Source: Bacteroidales bacterium UBA1182 (lineage in GTDB: Bacteria > Bacteroidota > Bacteroidia > Bacteroidales > Bacteroidaceae). Taken from it: a stretch of 63,380 bases of DNA. The translations under genes were made by a program, and so were the position numbers. The stretch lies in the NCBI GenBank assembly GCA_002310015.1, contig DBYQ01000058.1, positions 1-63,380 on the forward strand. Reading direction: 5' to 3'. This document shows, piece by piece, positions 1-7,466 of this stretch; within the stretch, counting starts at the first letter, position 1, and each line of letters starts with the position of its first letter. The notes beneath the pieces were generated by a model. It was not told the origin of the DNA and did no database searches. It worked only from the letters and a program-made list of their open reading frames with translations.

Positions 1-509
1 AGGCTTATGTGGATAATCTTAATAAGCTGCTGCCTGGAAGCGGGCTTTCTGAGGATTTGTCGCTGGAGGAGATTGTGTGCAAGGCTAATCCGGCTGGTGG
101 CGTATCGGCCAATCAGGGGGTTTTTAATAATGCGGGGCAGATACTTAACCATAATCTTTATTTTACGCAGTTCTGCAAGGGTGGTAAGGCGCTGGCGGAT
201 GGCGCTCTCAAGGCTCAGATTGTTAAGCAGTGGGGCGGCGTGGAGGCGTTCCAAGCGGAGTTCGTGGCCAAGGGCGTGGGTTTGTTTGGCAGCGGATGGG
301 TGTGGCTGTCCCGTGATGCCGATGGATCACTCGTGATTACGCAGGAGTCGGGCGCTTCTAACCCAGTTGTGCACGGTCTCAAGCCGTTGCTTACGTTCGA
401 TGTCTGGGAGCACGCCTACTACCTTGATTATCAGAACCGCCGAGCCGCCCATCTGGATGCCCTCTGGCAGATCCTGGATTGGAGTGTGATAGAAAAACGT
501 TATAAATAG
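1..509 (+). CDS. sodB: Fe/Mn superoxide dismutase, 5' end cut by window edge
   Basis: Frame is open from the window start. Motifs NNAGQILNHNLYF, GSGWVWL and DVWEHAYYLDYQNRR are typical of Fe/Mn SOD. Stop TAG at 507-509. Confidence 0.9.
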   Translation, partial: AYVDNLNKLLPGSGLSEDLSLEEIVCKANPAGGVSANQGVFNNAGQILNHNLYFTQFCKGGKALADGALKAQIVKQWGGVEAFQAEFVAKGVGLFGSGWVWLSRDADGSLVITQESGASNPVVHGLKPLLTFDVWEHAYYLDYQNRRAAHLDALWQILDWSVIEKRYK

Positions 510-580
510 TACCATTGGGGTCTGTCCCCTTTGGTATCATTTTTGAAAAAAAGTACCAAAGGGGACAGACCCCAATGGTA
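510..580. repeat. REP doublet (two inverted units, ACCA variant)
   Basis: taccattggggtctgtcccctttggta (510-536) and gtaccaaaggggacagaccccaatggta (553-580) are perfect reverse complements separated by a tcatttttgaaaaaaa spacer. Confidence 0.9.
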
Positions 581-596
581 TCATTTTTGAGATATT

Positions 597-1049
597 ATGC
601 TGAAAGTTGGAGATAAGATGCCTCAGTTTGAGGTGGTGGACCAAGATGGTCAGGTGGTTCGGTCATCGGACTTTATAGGGAATGGCCGCAAGACGATTGT
701 GTATTTTTACCCCAAGGACAACACGTCGGGCTGCACGGCCGAGGCGTGCTCGTTCCGCGATAATTACGCAGCGCTGACGGCTGCGGGGTACAACGTGGTG
801 GGGGTTAGCAAGGATTCTGCAAAGTCGCACACGGGTTTCCGCGCCAAGTATGAGCTGCCGTTTAGGCTGTTGGCCGATACCTCTACGGAGATGCTGCAGG
901 CGTTTGGAGCTTGGGGCGAGAAGAAGATGTACGGCAAGACTGTTCTGGGCACTTTGCGCCGGACTTTTATCTTTACTGAGGATGGCATCCTGGAGCGCAT
1001 CATCGAGAAAGTTGACACCAAGAATGCTGCAGAACAGGTGCTAAAATGA
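597..1049 (+). CDS. bcp: thiol peroxidase / peroxiredoxin Bcp
   Basis: FYPKDNTSGCTAEACSFRD peroxidatic Cys motif. 150 aa. The TGA stop lies in the REP flank aaaatgataca. Confidence 0.85.
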   Translation: MLKVGDKMPQFEVVDQDGQVVRSSDFIGNGRKTIVYFYPKDNTSGCTAEACSFRDNYAALTAAGYNVVGVSKDSAKSHTGFRAKYELPFRLLADTSTEMLQAFGAWGEKKMYGKTVLGTLRRTFIFTEDGILERIIEKVDTKNAAEQVLK

Positions 1050-1120
1050 TACAATTGGGGTCAGACCCCTTTTGTATCATTTTTGAAAATAGTACAAAAG
1101 GGGTCTGACCCCAATTGTAC
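1049..1120. repeat. REP doublet (REPIN-like)
   Basis: atacaattggggtcagaccccttttgtat (1049-1077) and gtacaaaaggggtctgaccccaattgtac (1092-1120) are in inverted orientation with a catttttgaaaata spacer. Confidence 0.9.
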
Positions 1121-1132
1121 TATTTTGTGGAG

Positions 1133-1471
1133 ATGAAGGATTATTTGGATAGAATGACGGTGGAGGAGGCTCGGGTGTTTCAGACGGAGGTGCTGAACAT
1201 CGTTAGCCAGATTCCTCGCGGGAAGGTGACGACATATGGTAATGTCGCGGCCTTGGCGGGGTGGCCGAGCCATTCACGGATGGTGGGAAGGACGCTCAGA
1301 TATATGCCTGGGGCGGAATTGCTGCCCTGTCATCGGGTGGTGAATAAGGAGGGACGGACGGCTCCGGGGTGGAGTGAGCATCGGCCGTTATTGGAGGCTG
1401 AGGGAGTGCAGTTCAAGAGCAACGGGCACGTGGATATGCATCGGCATCTTTGGCATCCGGAGATTATTTGA
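1133..1471 (+). CDS. MGMT-family protein (methylated-DNA-protein-cysteine methyltransferase DNA-binding domain)
   Basis: GKVTTYGNVA and PCHRVV active-site-like motifs. ATG at 1133 chosen because the longer ORF start lies inside the REP. Confidence 0.7.
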   Translation: MKDYLDRMTVEEARVFQTEVLNIVSQIPRGKVTTYGNVAALAGWPSHSRMVGRTLRYMPGAELLPCHRVVNKEGRTAPGWSEHRPLLEAEGVQFKSNGHVDMHRHLWHPEII

Positions 1472-1484
1472 AAAGCTGACACAT

Positions 1485-2516
1485 ATGTTGTGGAGTTTGT
1501 TATTGACGTCATGTTTCATCATTCCGCCCGGCGATGAGGGGGCGGAGCTGAAGGAGCGTGATTATGGGTTCAGGACTGTGATTGAGGCCGATGTTAAGAA
1601 GGTGACGGCTCAGATGGGGAGCGGTGATTATTCGGGCATCACGTATCTGGGCGGGACGCGGTATGCGGTGGTGGATGACAAGAGGCGTGGCGGCGGGATT
1701 GTGCTGGTGGACATGGACGTTAATTTAAGCGGTAAGGTTAAGGAGGTTTCGGTGAGTGTTCCTGAGGGGACGGTTTCATCGGACATTAGCGATAGGGACA
1801 ATGAGGGGGTGGCTTATAGGGCCGGTTCTTTTGGGGCTGGGACGCTGTTTGTGAGCGCGGAGGCGGATCAGTCTATCAGGGAGTATGGGCTGGACGGGGT
1901 GCCTACGGGGCGTTTTTTAGCGGTTCCCGATGATATGGCTCGGGGCAAGATTAAGAGCAACAGGGGCTTTGAGGCGCTGACTTACAATGAGTTCACGGGG
2001 CTGTTTTGGACTACTACAGAGGATGTGTTGCTTGAGGATGCTTCTTTGGATGCCGGTCTGTTGCGGCTGCAGAGTTTCGGGGCCGATTTGCGGCCTGCGG
2101 GCAGGTTTTTGTATCAGATGGACAGGCCGATGAAGAGTGAGGCTGAGGCTGCTTTGGCGGAGTCATATGTGTTTGGGGTGCCTGCGCTGACGGCTCTCGA
2201 TGACGGGCGGCTGATCGTTTTGGAGCGTGAGGTGTTTGTGCCTAAGGGGGGCGTTTTGGGGAAGTTAAGGAAGTCATTTTGTAGGGTGAATCTTTATGTG
2301 GTGAAACCTGTTGTTGGGGCATCGGAAGTTTTGAGCAAGACGCTGATGTGCAGTTTCACGACTAAGCCGGCATCGGGCAGGTTTGCTGATTATGAGGGGA
2401 TGTGCCTGGGGCCTTTAGTGCCGGACGGGGGGCGGACGCTGATCCTGATCTCAGATTCCCAACATGGAGCCGGCGGGGTGGTTAAGGATTTTGTCAAGGT
2501 GATTGTTTTTAGGTAA
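1485..2516 (+). CDS. esterase-like activity of phytase family protein (secreted)
   Basis: YSGITYLGG, DNEGVAY, NRGFEALTYN, VLEREV and LILISDSQ blocks resemble the phytase-like esterase family. ATG at 1485 follows the MGMT stop. Confidence 0.55.
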   Translation: MLWSLLLTSCFIIPPGDEGAELKERDYGFRTVIEADVKKVTAQMGSGDYSGITYLGGTRYAVVDDKRRGGGIVLVDMDVNLSGKVKEVSVSVPEGTVSSDISDRDNEGVAYRAGSFGAGTLFVSAEADQSIREYGLDGVPTGRFLAVPDDMARGKIKSNRGFEALTYNEFTGLFWTTTEDVLLEDASLDAGLLRLQSFGADLRPAGRFLYQMDRPMKSEAEAALAESYVFGVPALTALDDGRLIVLEREVFVPKGGVLGKLRKSFCRVNLYVVKPVVGASEVLSKTLMCSFTTKPASGRFADYEGMCLGPLVPDGGRTLILISDSQHGAGGVVKDFVKVIVFR

Positions 2517-2528
2517 ATGATACAAAAG

Positions 2529-2602
2529 TGTACCAAAGGGGACAGACCCCAATGGTATCATTTTTTGAAAATAGTACAAAAGGGGTCTGACCCCAATTGT
2601 AC
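2529..2602. repeat. two REP units in direct orientation
   Basis: tgtaccaaaggggacagaccccaatggta (2529-2557) and gtacaaaaggggtctgaccccaattgtac (2574-2602). Confidence 0.9.
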
Positions 2603-2610
2603 TATTTTGC

Positions 2611-2618
2611 TATATTTG
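2611..2618 (+). promoter_or_regulatory. candidate Bacteroidetes -7 box TATATTTG
   Basis: Matches TAnnTTTG. It lies only about 6 nt before the serB ATG, so it implies a very short leader or none. Confidence 0.3.
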
Positions 2619-2623
2619 CTGAT

Positions 2624-3853
2624 ATGAAAGAGGAGCAGATTTTAATTCGGATTACGGGACAGGACCGGCCGGGACTGACGGCGGCGGTCATGGGGATTTT
2701 GGCAAAGTATGATGCTACGGTGCTGGACATCGGCCAGGCTGATATTCATAACACGCTGTCATTGGGCATTTTGATGCGTATGGACGAGATGAAGAGCGGC
2801 CTTGCTATGAAGGAGCTGCTGTTCAAGGCTACGGAGCTGGGCGTGAATATCGGTTTTTCTCCGATTAGCGACGATGAGTATGAGGATTGGGTAGGGCATC
2901 AGGGTAAGAACCGGTATATTTTGACTGTGCTGGGGCGTCAGCTTGAGGCTCGGCAGATTCAGGCAGCTACTCAAATTCTTGCTGATCAGGGGCTTAATAT
3001 TGATTCTATTCTTCGTCTTACGGGTCGGAAAAGTATTAAAAAACTTGATAAGCAGACGCGTGCTTGCATTGAATTTTCTTTGCGCGGCGAGCCGGTGGAC
3101 AGGCAGAAGATGCATGTTGAGCTGATGAAGATTTCGCAGCAGATGGAGATGGATTTCTCTTTCCAGAAGGACGATATGTTCCGCAGGATGAGGCGGTTAA
3201 TCTGTTTTGATATGGATTCTACGCTCATTCAGGCGGAGTGCATTGACGAATTGGCTGAGCGCAATGGCGTGGGTGCCCAGGTTCGCGCTATTACTGAGAG
3301 CGCGATGCGCGGTGAGATTGATTTCAAGGAGAGTTTTACTCGTCGTGTGGCGTTGCTTAAAGGACTGGATGTCAGTGTGATGCGTGATATTGCTGAGCAT
3401 CTGCCTATGACTGAGGGTGTGGACCGTCTGATGTCAGTTTTGAAGACTTGCGGGTATAAGATTGCTATTCTTTCTGGTGGATTTACGTTCTTTGGCGAGT
3501 ATCTGCAACGGCGTTATGGCATTGATTATGTGTACGCTAACGAGCTTGAGATAGGCGAGGACGGTAAATTGACCGGGCGATATGTGGGTGAGATTGTGGA
3601 TGGGCACAGGAAAGCTGAGTTGCTGCATCTGATTGCTCAGGTGGAGAAGGTGAATCTGGCTCAGACTATTGCTGTGGGCGATGGTGCAAATGCCCTGCCG
3701 ATGATCTCTGAGGCTGGTTTGGGAATTGCGTTCCATGCAAAACCGCGCGTTGTGGCCAATGCAGGGCAGAGTATCAATACCATCGGCCTTGATGGCGTTC
3801 TCTATTTCCTTGGCTTCAAGGATTCCTACCTTGGTGAGCAGGGCAAACTTTAA
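2624..3853 (+). CDS. serB: phosphoserine phosphatase SerB with N-terminal ACT-like domains
   Basis: HAD motif FDMDSTLI and GDGANALPMISEAGLGIAFHAKP. The N-terminal half is regulatory. Confidence 0.85.
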   Translation: MKEEQILIRITGQDRPGLTAAVMGILAKYDATVLDIGQADIHNTLSLGILMRMDEMKSGLAMKELLFKATELGVNIGFSPISDDEYEDWVGHQGKNRYILTVLGRQLEARQIQAATQILADQGLNIDSILRLTGRKSIKKLDKQTRACIEFSLRGEPVDRQKMHVELMKISQQMEMDFSFQKDDMFRRMRRLICFDMDSTLIQAECIDELAERNGVGAQVRAITESAMRGEIDFKESFTRRVALLKGLDVSVMRDIAEHLPMTEGVDRLMSVLKTCGYKIAILSGGFTFFGEYLQRRYGIDYVYANELEIGEDGKLTGRYVGEIVDGHRKAELLHLIAQVEKVNLAQTIAVGDGANALPMISEAGLGIAFHAKPRVVANAGQSINTIGLDGVLYFLGFKDSYLGEQGKL

Positions 3854-3857
3854 AAAA

Positions 3858-3887
3858 GGTACCAAAGGGGTCAGACCCCAATGGTAC
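3858..3887. repeat. single REP unit
   Basis: ggtaccaaaggggtcagaccccaatggtac between convergent serB and the 3887-4639 ORF. The TAG stop of the minus-strand ORF overlaps its flank. Confidence 0.9.
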
Positions 3888-4639
3888 TATTTTTTGTTGT
3901 GTTCACGCCAGAATTTGTAAAGTTCCTCTCTTTCTTGTTTTATGGTTTCAACTGATGGGACATATCCTTTATTTTCATAGTATCGGAGCATTTCATCAAG
4001 ATAGTAATGTGATTTAGATTCGGTCTCATAGTCTATCTGATTCATGAAACGGGCTTTTTCAAGCAAGAACTCACGATACCGATTGATGCGTTCAAAAAGT
4101 TCTTTCGGTTTGGTATGTATGGTGATTGATGGATTTCCACAATCTCTTGCGAAAGTGATTTCTTTAATGTAGAAATAGTCACAATCTAGTGCGGCTTTTA
4201 CAAATTCGAAAATAAGGGTGTCGCCTGGATGAGGAACGGCGGGAAGTCCGAAACTGAAAGAACATGTTCGGCCATACTCAAAACCGGAAAACAGGAAGGT
4301 GCAGAGATTTTCACCTTCTGATGCAAATAATTGTGGCTTGGAATAGTTCAATTCAAACAGATCCTTATAGATGAGTGGAAGCCATTTGTTGATATTTTGA
4401 GGTGTTTCATTCAGCCTCTCTGCAATCCATTTAATGGTTAATTCCCTCTCCCTAGCTTCGCAAATGTCAGAATACCAATATTCAGCAATCTGAATAAAGC
4501 CTTCAATTATGTGCTCGTAAGGCTTTCCCTGCCCACTCAATAACCTGAGCCAGCGCGCCTCACTAAACAGACAGAATTTGATCTGTTTGTTTTTGGGGAC
4601 GTAATTCTCCAAAGCTGGGCAATCCATCTTTAAATCCAT
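3887..4639 (-). CDS. hypothetical protein (possible HTH segment), low-GC orphan
   Basis: 250-aa ORF with no family I recognise. ELTIKWIAERLNETPQNINKWL looks helix-turn-helix-like. The DNA is visibly more AT-rich than its neighbours. Confidence 0.5.
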   Translation of the reverse strand: MDLKMDCPALENYVPKNKQIKFCLFSEARWLRLLSGQGKPYEHIIEGFIQIAEYWYSDICEARERELTIKWIAERLNETPQNINKWLPLIYKDLFELNYSKPQLFASEGENLCTFLFSGFEYGRTCSFSFGLPAVPHPGDTLIFEFVKAALDCDYFYIKEITFARDCGNPSITIHTKPKELFERINRYREFLLEKARFMNQIDYETESKSHYYLDEMLRYYENKGYVPSVETIKQEREELYKFWREHNKK

Positions 4640-4668
4640 AGTTGTAGTGTTGGTTAGTATGTTGATAA

Positions 4669-5244
4669 TCAGAATAATATCCGATATGCATCGGCTTTTT
4701 TCTCCAGGGAGAGCGGGTAGGCGCGTGAGGTGGAGGGCATGCGGTAGAAGTCTATGGGGCGGACGATGTTGTTTTGACTGATTGGAATGCTTATGTTGAT
4801 TTTGCTTCCGATGGGCGGGATGGGGCAGTTGAAGGTGCTGGCGATGACTTCTGTGGCTTTTTGGCCGGTGGTGACTATGGTGGTACAGAGGGGAATTTGT
4901 TGGAGCAGTGATGGGATATCGGTCGGCGTTATTACCTCTAGGAAGGCATCGGAGGCATTGTCTTTCAGACGGCGGATTTGGGTGGCGGTGTCGTAGAAAG
5001 CCAGTCCGTTTTGTGTGCAGAAGTCTTTTATGGCTTGCTCATTGAAGCGTTTTTCTTTGATGATGCAGAAGTGGTCTTTATCATTGAAATGTATCAGGCC
5101 GATGATGCGCCAGAAGTCGTTGATCCAGTTGGGGTAATAGAACGGCATGCTCCAGCGGTGGGGCTGGGGCGGGAAACTGCCCAGAAACAGCATCCTGGCG
5201 TTCTCAGGCAAAAATGGCTCAAACGGGTGCTGCTCTATATCCAT
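4669..5244 (-). CDS. uracil-DNA glycosylase superfamily protein (hypoxanthine/deoxyinosine-DNA glycosylase-like)
   Basis: N-terminal LFLGSFPPQP...YYPNWINDFW pattern resembles the UDG-like hypoxanthine-DNA glycosylase family. Confidence 0.5.
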   Translation of the reverse strand: MDIEQHPFEPFLPENARMLFLGSFPPQPHRWSMPFYYPNWINDFWRIIGLIHFNDKDHFCIIKEKRFNEQAIKDFCTQNGLAFYDTATQIRRLKDNASDAFLEVITPTDIPSLLQQIPLCTTIVTTGQKATEVIASTFNCPIPPIGSKINISIPISQNNIVRPIDFYRMPSTSRAYPLSLEKKADAYRILF

Positions 5245-5265
5245 CGCTCACAAAGATACAAAATG

Positions 5266-5337
5266 ATACAAAAGGGGTCAGACCCCAATTGTATCATTTT
5301 TGAAAATAGTACAATTGGGGTCTGACCCCTTTTGTAC
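5266..5337. repeat. REP doublet immediately upstream of the RAYT-like gene
   Basis: atacaaaaggggtcagaccccaattgtat (5266-5294) and gtacaattggggtctgaccccttttgtac (5309-5337), in inverted orientation. Confidence 0.9.
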
Positions 5338-5345
5338 TTTTTTTA

Positions 5346-5353
5346 TATCTTTG
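5346..5353 (+). promoter_or_regulatory. candidate -7 box TATCTTTG
   Basis: TAnnTTTG match 27 nt upstream of the ATG at 5380. Confidence 0.45.
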
Positions 5354-5379
5354 CGATATAATCAATTTGTTTGCAAACC

Positions 5380-6192
5380 ATGGCACGAAAATTAAGATTG
5401 GCCAGCGATTCTGGCATTTACCATGTGATTCTGCGCGGGGTGAACCGGCAGGACATTTTCGAGAACGAGAAAGATTTTCTCAAGTTTTTGAGTCTGATGG
5501 AGCGCTTGGCGTTTCCGGTGGATGAGACTGGGCATCGGGTTCCTCCTTTGCTGGTCATTTACGCTTATTGCCTGATGCCTAATCATGTGCATCTGCTGCT
5601 TAGGGAACAGCCCGGAATGTTGGTATCGGACGCAATAAAGTGGATATCAGGCACTTATGCGGGTTATTTTAATTTAAAGTACGAGCATGTTGGGCACCTT
5701 TTTCAGGACCGTTTCAGGAGTGAGGTGGTGAATGATTGGGAGTATTTTGTGACTTTGTTGCGGTACATTCATCAGAATCCGGTGGCTGGAGGGCTGGCGG
5801 ACAATGTGAGGTATTACAGGTGGAGCAGTTGGCGCGAGTATGATCCGGAGATGGTTTGTGATGTTCCGATATGTGCGACTCAGGCTGTTTTCACTAAGAT
5901 TTCGTTCGATGCGCTGGAGGAATTGGTTGATACGCCGCTGCCAAAAACGCAGAGAATTCTGGATTTTGATAGCGATTCCGGGAGGCGGGTGACCGATGAG
6001 AGGTTGCGTGAGTATATTAAGGCGGAGTTTGGGATTGCGGAAGTGCCTGCTATTCAGCATCTTGAGAAGGAGAAACGGAATGAGATTGTAAAAAAACTGC
6101 TGGAGTTTTGTGGAAATGTGATGCAGATTTCTCGCGTGACCGGTATCAGCCGCGGGGTTATCAGCAGGCTCAATAGAGCAATTGGGGTCTGA
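5380..6192 (+). CDS. IS200-like Y1 (HUH) transposase, REP-associated tyrosine transposase (RAYT)-like, with C-terminal HTH
   Basis: HUH motif in YCLMPNHVHLLL and catalytic Tyr context LLRYIHQNPV. C-terminal NVMQISRVTGISRGVISRL looks like an HTH. No TnpB gene or IS ends seen. The last codons and the stop lie inside a REP unit. Confidence 0.8.
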   Translation: MARKLRLASDSGIYHVILRGVNRQDIFENEKDFLKFLSLMERLAFPVDETGHRVPPLLVIYAYCLMPNHVHLLLREQPGMLVSDAIKWISGTYAGYFNLKYEHVGHLFQDRFRSEVVNDWEYFVTLLRYIHQNPVAGGLADNVRYYRWSSWREYDPEMVCDVPICATQAVFTKISFDALEELVDTPLPKTQRILDFDSDSGRRVTDERLREYIKAEFGIAEVPAIQHLEKEKRNEIVKKLLEFCGNVMQISRVTGISRGVISRLNRAIGV

Positions 6193-6325
6193 CCCCTTTT
6201 GCATCATTTTTTGAAAAATAGAGCAATTGGGGTCTGACCCCAATTGCACGTTTTTTGTATATTTGCGTGATGAATTCGAGTAAAATAGTACAAAAGGGGT
6301 CTGACCCCAATTGCACCAATTGCAC
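6176..6325. repeat. three REP units downstream of the RAYT-like gene
   Basis: gagcaattggggtctgaccccttttgc (6176-6202), gagcaattggggtctgaccccaattgcac (6221-6248) and gtacaaaaggggtctgaccccaattgcac (6288-6316), followed by a duplicated caattgcac. Confidence 0.9.
6258..6265 (+). promoter_or_regulatory. candidate -7 box TATATTTG
   Basis: TAnnTTTG match between REP units, upstream of manA. Confidence 0.35.
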
Positions 6326-6332
6326 ATATCCG

Positions 6333-7355
6333 ATGCTGTTTGAGCCGAACCTGCACACGGTGGTGTGGGGCGGGGAGCGGTTGTGCCGATGGAAGGGGCT
6401 TCCGGAGCAGGACCATGTGGGCGAGAGCTGGGAGGTGAGCGCTGTAGAGAGTTCGCCTTCAGTTGTTGCTAATGGTTCATGGACAGGGAAAACACTTCCG
6501 GAGGTGGTGGCATCGGCCCCAGAGGAGATTCTGGGCAAGGCTGTGGCTAGGCGTTACGGCGGACGGATGCCTCTGCTGGTGAAGTTTATCGACGCACGGA
6601 ATGATCTGAGCATTCAGGTTCACCCCAATGATGAGATGGCTCTGCGCGAGCATAACAAGCTGGGTAAGAGCGAGATGTGGTATGTTTTGGATGCTGAGCC
6701 GGGGGCTTGTATTTATGCTGGTTTCAAGAAGAAGCTTGGGGCCGATGAGTACAAGCGGATGGTGGAGGATGGGACTATCACTGAGGCACTTGCGCGGCAT
6801 GAGGCGCATGCGGGTGATGTTTTTTACATTCCGGCGGGGCGTGTGCATGCCATTTGCTGTGGAATATTATTGGCCGAGATTCAGCAGTCATCGGACGTAA
6901 CTTATAGGATATTTGACTATAACAGGTTGGGGCTGGACGGCAAGCCGCGCGAACTCCATACTGCCTATGCTGCTCAGGCACTTAACTACAAGGTGGAGCG
7001 GAAATACAGGACTGATTATGCGGTGCGGAATGACCGGGCGAACCTGATTATGGAGTCTAAGTTCTTTAGCGCCCGCGTGACGGAGGTGGATCATGAGTTT
7101 CATCGGAATCTGCTTAAATACGACAGTTTTATCATTACGATGTGCCTCAAGGGCGATTGTGTGATTAAGGTGCGTGCTACTGGTGATGAGGTGATTTTGA
7201 AGGAGGGGTTCAGTTGCTTGATTCCGGCGGCGGTTGCGGACTATGATATCAGGCCTGTTGGGGGTTCCTGCAAGGTTTTGGATGCGTTTATTGATAATCA
7301 GCGGGGAGGTTTGATGAATAGGATTCATCGGCTTTTCCACAAGAACAAATATTGA
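6333..7355 (+). CDS. manA: mannose-6-phosphate isomerase, class I
   Basis: GESWEVS, PLLVKFIDARNDLSIQVHPND, GKSEMWYVL, AGRVHAI and SSDVTYRIFDYNR. The start is uncertain: the ATG at 6270 would read through a REP unit in frame. Confidence 0.85.
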   Translation: MLFEPNLHTVVWGGERLCRWKGLPEQDHVGESWEVSAVESSPSVVANGSWTGKTLPEVVASAPEEILGKAVARRYGGRMPLLVKFIDARNDLSIQVHPNDEMALREHNKLGKSEMWYVLDAEPGACIYAGFKKKLGADEYKRMVEDGTITEALARHEAHAGDVFYIPAGRVHAICCGILLAEIQQSSDVTYRIFDYNRLGLDGKPRELHTAYAAQALNYKVERKYRTDYAVRNDRANLIMESKFFSARVTEVDHEFHRNLLKYDSFIITMCLKGDCVIKVRATGDEVILKEGFSCLIPAAVADYDIRPVGGSCKVLDAFIDNQRGGLMNRIHRLFHKNKY

Positions 7356-7370
7356 AAATTAAGCAAAATG

Positions 7371-7445
7371 ATACCATTGGGGTCTGTCCCCTTTGGTATC
7401 ATTTTCAAAAAAAACAGTACAAAAGGGGTCTGACCCCAATTGTAT
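7371..7445. repeat. REP doublet
   Basis: ataccattggggtctgtcccctttggtat (7371-7398) and gtacaaaaggggtctgaccccaattgtat (7417-7445), inverted. Confidence 0.9.
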
Positions 7446-7466
7446 CATTTTTTAGAGAAAAGAGAT

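Noticed and set aside
1374-1484. Upstream extension of the phytase-like ORF overlapping the MGMT gene
   Set aside because: The extension overlaps the 3' end of the MGMT-family CDS in another frame. The ATG at 1485 directly precedes a hydrophobic signal-like N-terminus.
5380-6192. Ordinary IS200/IS605 insertion sequence
   Set aside because: No tnpB, no subterminal IS-type hairpin ends distinct from the REPs, and only a single copy in the window. The flanking structures are the same REP family dispersed elsewhere, which fits a domesticated RAYT better. This remains an inference.
5674-6327. Long antisense ORFs overlapping the RAYT-like gene (5674-6327), manC (7704-8360), manA (6888-7340) and the GH115 gene (48069-48794)
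   Set aside because: There are no recognisable motifs. They overlap genes with strong family signatures on the other strand, and several run through REP units.
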